A stretch of DNA of 64,000 bases from the human T2T-CHM13v2.0 reference genome, Homo sapiens: NCBI RefSeq assembly GCF_009914755.1, contig NC_060930.1; one strand, given 5' to 3'. This document shows positions 59,770 to 64,000 of this stretch, in pieces. The number at the start of each line of letters is the position of its first letter. The stretch's first letter is position 1. The translations under genes were made by a program, and so were the position numbers. The notes under the pieces were generated by a model. The model did no database searches. It was not told where the DNA came from and worked only from the letters and a program-made list of their open reading frames with translations.

Positions 59770-60980
59770 AAGTCAACAGAAATAGATTCAAAAGATCCCT
59801 GAGTTGAGGACACAGAGTTGGTAGTCTGGAGAGGCAAAGGCAGCCAGTCATATTTGCAAAGCACAGTAACAAATAGCAGGAGAGACAGAGACAGAGCTGG
59901 AGACAGAGAGAGAGAAAGAGAAAAAGAGAGGGAGAGAGAGAGAGATACTGAGATCTGAAGGTCTGCAGAGGGTTCCCATATTCAGCTCACTAATCAGTTG
60001 ATGCTTTTTAAAACATGTATGTGGGGAAATTACCTGAGGCCAGGGAAAGAGCAACCTCAAAGGATTCATGGGTACAATCCTTGGGAATAATACAAAGCTG
60101 GGACTAGTTTGTGTTCCTACCAGTGAGTAAAGAAAAACCTTGAAATTAACAGGACTTTCAGTAAAGGATTCAAAATATATTGCCTCGGTAGGAGGAAATA
60201 TTAGCCCTTGAGTACAGGCTGCTCTGATTCTGCCTGACAAAGCTTAAAAGCAATTCTTAACAGAACAAAACCATTTCCAAGTACTTTGACTGTGTCCAAA
60301 CCAAAGTTCAAAAATATTTACAGACTTAAAATGTATATATTATTCAACAAGATAAAATATTTAATGTCTGGCATCAAGTCAAAAATTAAATTCAAATTAA
60401 GTAGGAGAAAGTAAATAATAAAAATGAGGACAGACACTAAAGAAAGAGAAAATGGAAAATGTATAGAGAAAATCAATGAAACCAAAAACTGATTCTTAGA
60501 AATGATTAATAAAATTGATCGATTTTTGGCTAGACTGGCCATGGAAAAAAGAAAGAAGACATAAATTACCAACACCAGAAGTGAGAGAAGTTATAGGACT
60601 ATATATTCTAGAGGTATTAAAACGCTAATGAGGGAATATTATGGACAACTCTAACCCAATAAATTTGACAACTGAGATGAAATGGAAAAAATTTTCAAAG
60701 ACACAAACTACCAAGGCTCATTCAAAATAAAAAAATTATCTGAATAACCCAATATCCGTTTTCAAATTTTAAGTTTGTAGTTTAAAATCTTCCCACAAAG
60801 ACATTTCCAGGCCTGATGAATTACTGGCAAACTAAACAAACATTTTCAGAAATTCAAGAGGGTATGTTTATTGTCTTTAGTGCAATGATGGCTTCACAAG
60901 TGTATACATATATCAAATCTTATGAAATTATATACTGTAAATATACGTCAGTTATACCTCAATAATCTGTTTAAAAAGGT
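59770..60980 (+). mobile_element. Old L1M fragments (5' region, ORF2 piece at about 60430-60840, 3' end), containing a GA-rich tract at 59878-59945
   Basis: atagagaaaatcaatgaaaccaaaaactgattcttagaaatgattaataaaattgat...aaatttgacaactgagatgaaatgg. Confidence 0.7.
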
Positions 60981-61214
60981 TTTAAAAAGTATGTTTCCAG
61001 TAAATAAGCAATGGACAATTCCCACAGGAATATGTCCAACATTTATTAAGAAAATGCAAATAAAATAATGTTGAAAAATTATTTTATACCTCTCACCAAA
61101 TTTTAAAAGATCAAATAAATGCTCAGAAAATTGTGATAAGAATGGTATATTTAGATACTGCTGGTGGAATAAGCTTTTTTACCCATATGGAAAGTAATAT
61201 GAAAATGTATGTTC

Positions 61215-61394
61215 AGTAGTTTCTTGGAAATTGCAACTTTAATCAGAATGACATATAACAAAAACATTTGTTTTGTCATCTACATTATAAAAAAAATGCA
61301 TTGAATGAAACAACTCTATTCCAGGACATGCTACATGTCCTTTTGCTTAAAGCAGTAGTATTCAAGAACCTATCAACAAAGTGAGGACTTACTA
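61215..61394. mobile_element. TcMar-Tigger MITE fragment (MER82-like)
   Basis: ttcttggaaattgcaactttaa... and gcttaaagcagtagtattcaagaacctatcaacaaagtgaggacttacta. Confidence 0.5.
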
Positions 61395-63896
61395 TATTGT
61401 AGTAATGTGTGAGATATATGGGTGCATGTGTGTGTGTATGTATCAGCTGTCATAAATAATTTGATACTTATGTTTCCAATAAACTTGCTTTTATCATATT
61501 GTAAGAAAATGATTTTAACTGGATCAAGATGTTTACTTCATTATATAGAATATTTAAAAAATTGAAACATTTCAAATACTAAAGAGTAGAAGAGGCTTTA
61601 TAAATCATGTTGCTGATACATTGTGAGACTCTTTGTAAGTCAAAAAAAAGAGTAAATGATCAAACAAGTGAAAACACAGATGTCGATATTATGCATATGT
61701 CATAACTACAACTAGTTTTAAGTTTATGTTTTTGAATGAGTGAGACAACAAAGTCTGGATGTAATACTTCAAAATAAAAATAGTTTTGTTATGGTGGGGA
61801 CAATATTGATGACTTTTTTAAAAAATTGATGTTGTTACATTAGTTTTAATTTAAAAAAGGCACTTCACTTGATCTAAATGTTTCTTACAATGTAAATTCT
61901 CTTTCAAGTTACTAATTCTTAAAATAGTTTTCTATTAGTGATAACTAATTTGTACTAATTTGTCTATATTCTTCTTTTTCCTCCTAATTTTATCAGAGAA
62001 CTGAAGTACGGACCACAGTCATGGAATAGTGTGAAGCCCTAAAGTAGTTCATAACCTCATTAACATGACATTTATAGCTGAGCTAAGCGATCATGAATAC
62101 GAATGCAACAGAGAGACTGAGTGAGGACATTTCTACTGTGATGGTTGTATTCTGTATTGTGCACTAAAACTAATAAGGCTTATGATAAAACTAACAAAAG
62201 CAATAACAATACCAAAAAAAGATTTGCACAAATATCCACAGAAATTTGCATCCTGCATCTTGGTCAGTTGATCCTTCTTGGAGATACAGATCCTTGAATG
62301 TATTTGCTTCAAATACAATCTTGTTTGGATAAAAGTGAAAACTGGCCTCAAGTTGCAGCTTTTATTTTTCGTTTCTCTCTCCCTCTCTCTCCCTCTTTGG
62401 AGTTTCTATGAGCTTCACTCAAAGCAGCTTCACCAAACAGCTTAACTTTGGAGAAAACTTGGCAGATCTGGAAACCACAAAATACCCATCACCTCTGCAT
62501 ATTGCTAACATTTTCTCTTTATAAAAGCTTGTTTCTGCATGTTTCAAACATGTTTCTACACTAGGCAAAAGCACTTAGGAGCCAACCGTACTTTCCCATT
62601 TTTATTTTGACATAATTTCCCTATTTTCTTGTCACTTATAACCTAACTTGCATAATAGAAATACATATTTAAATCCCTTCAGCTATTTGTTAGGTTATTT
62701 ATCTCAACACCCTATACTATATACCTCATTATAAGTCCATGGTTCTTTTTGCAGACTGCATATGAGTTTCTTAAATCTCTCCATTTGTAAATTTAGAAAA
62801 CTTTTAGAACTTACCTAAGAGGATTGCTATGAGAATTAAATGAGTACAGATGTTTATGATCAATTTAGTAAAATATTTGTGATCATTATCATTAGCTTCT
62901 GTAATGGAAAGATAGATTTCTACGTAAGCCAAACCTATCACATCTAAGTAGCTATTTTAAACACGTTGCATATGGAAACAAGATGGAAAACATTATATCA
63001 TGAATTTATGTTTTGATTATCAACATTATTAAATTTGCCCTTGTATGAAATATAATATTTAACCCCAAATCATTTTTTCCAGTATTTGAAAGAAGTTTAC
63101 TTTTGAGGGGAATGTGTTGAGTCTAAACTAATGCTAACATGACTGCTTATTTTTTACTGCCTGACACAAAGTTATGATTCAAAAATTATTATTCAAATAG
63201 GTTAAAAGCCAATTTAAGAATACAAAAAAATCTTAGAAAAAACTACTCAATTTTAATTTAGAGTCAAGAATAGAGTCTATACTACAATGGAATCTAGGGA
63301 AATTCTTGGCACACTTAAGGAATACTTCAATGTTCACTAACTCATCTCCTTCAAAAGTTATCATGAAACAAAAATGCAAGCAGAGACAAAGTGAATAAAT
63401 AATATCAAATGGTTACATTAAAGGAGAAATAGACTTAACTGTTTCATAAAGCAATAAATAATTTCAGCCATCTAATCAAATTCCTTTATTTTATAAATAA
63501 ATTGGAGTTCAGAGAAGTCAAATGACTTTCTCAAGTTTACATAGCTCATGGTAGGCAAGGTCTTAATTCCGAATGTTGTGTCCATCCATCTGTGATATCA
63601 TGCTTCTATATCATGTCTAATAAGAAAAAGCACTCAATGAAGCATGCTACAAACATATATGCAATGATCAAGACTAAAATGTTGCTTATAAACCAAAGCA
63701 CAAAAGGTATTTTAAAAGTTTTTCTCCTCTTCATTAGTTAGGACAGCAATTACTCATAAGTAGCCAGTAGCAAATTAAAATATCTTATTTATTACATGTT
63801 GACCACCACTATTCTTCTTGCTTGTCAAGCCAAGATTCAGCCAAAATTTCCACATGAATGTAATTGTAACAAGAAAATAACACTGTAAATAACTAT

Positions 63897-64000
63897 TGTA
63901 TTAGACCATTCTTGCATTTCTATAAAGAAATGCCTGAGACTGGGTAATTTATACAAAATGAGATTTAGTTGCCTCATTGTTCTGCAGGCTGTACAGGAAG
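63897..64000 (-). mobile_element. MaLR LTR (MSTA-like), runs off the window
   Basis: tgtattagaccattcttgcatttctataaagaaatgcctgagactgggtaatttat...ttctgcaggctgtacaggaag. Confidence 0.88.

Overview
Primate, almost certainly human, genomic DNA: the 3' part of the FUT9 (alpha-1,3-fucosyltransferase 9) locus on the + strand. Positions 1-35334 read as an AT-rich, repeat-laden intron. The whole 359-aa ORF (35343-36422) lies in one terminal exon beginning at a splice acceptor at 35335. A very long 3' UTR follows, probably ending at the AATAAA at 47776 (about 11.4 kb), then about 16 kb of downstream DNA. The other ORFs in the track appear to be LINE-1, Alu or LTR remnants, or chance ORFs. I found no evidence of a new gene system, RNA gene or CRISPR-like array. 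The most unusual signals are structural: (1) a four-level nest L2 > MER5A > twin-primed L1PA4-like > L1PA3-like, in which the younger L1 sits in register with the homologous part of its host; (2) a 356-bp non-repeat segment duplicated 1967 bp away, where an LTR end is missing; (3) several fold-back (snap-back) scars at repair junctions; (4) a 122-nt AG-free zone before the FUT9 acceptor; (5) a class II ARE plus Pumilio motifs just before the distal polyA site. Repeat subfamily names come from remembered consensus sequences, not a RepeatMasker run, and boundaries of ancient repeats are approximate.
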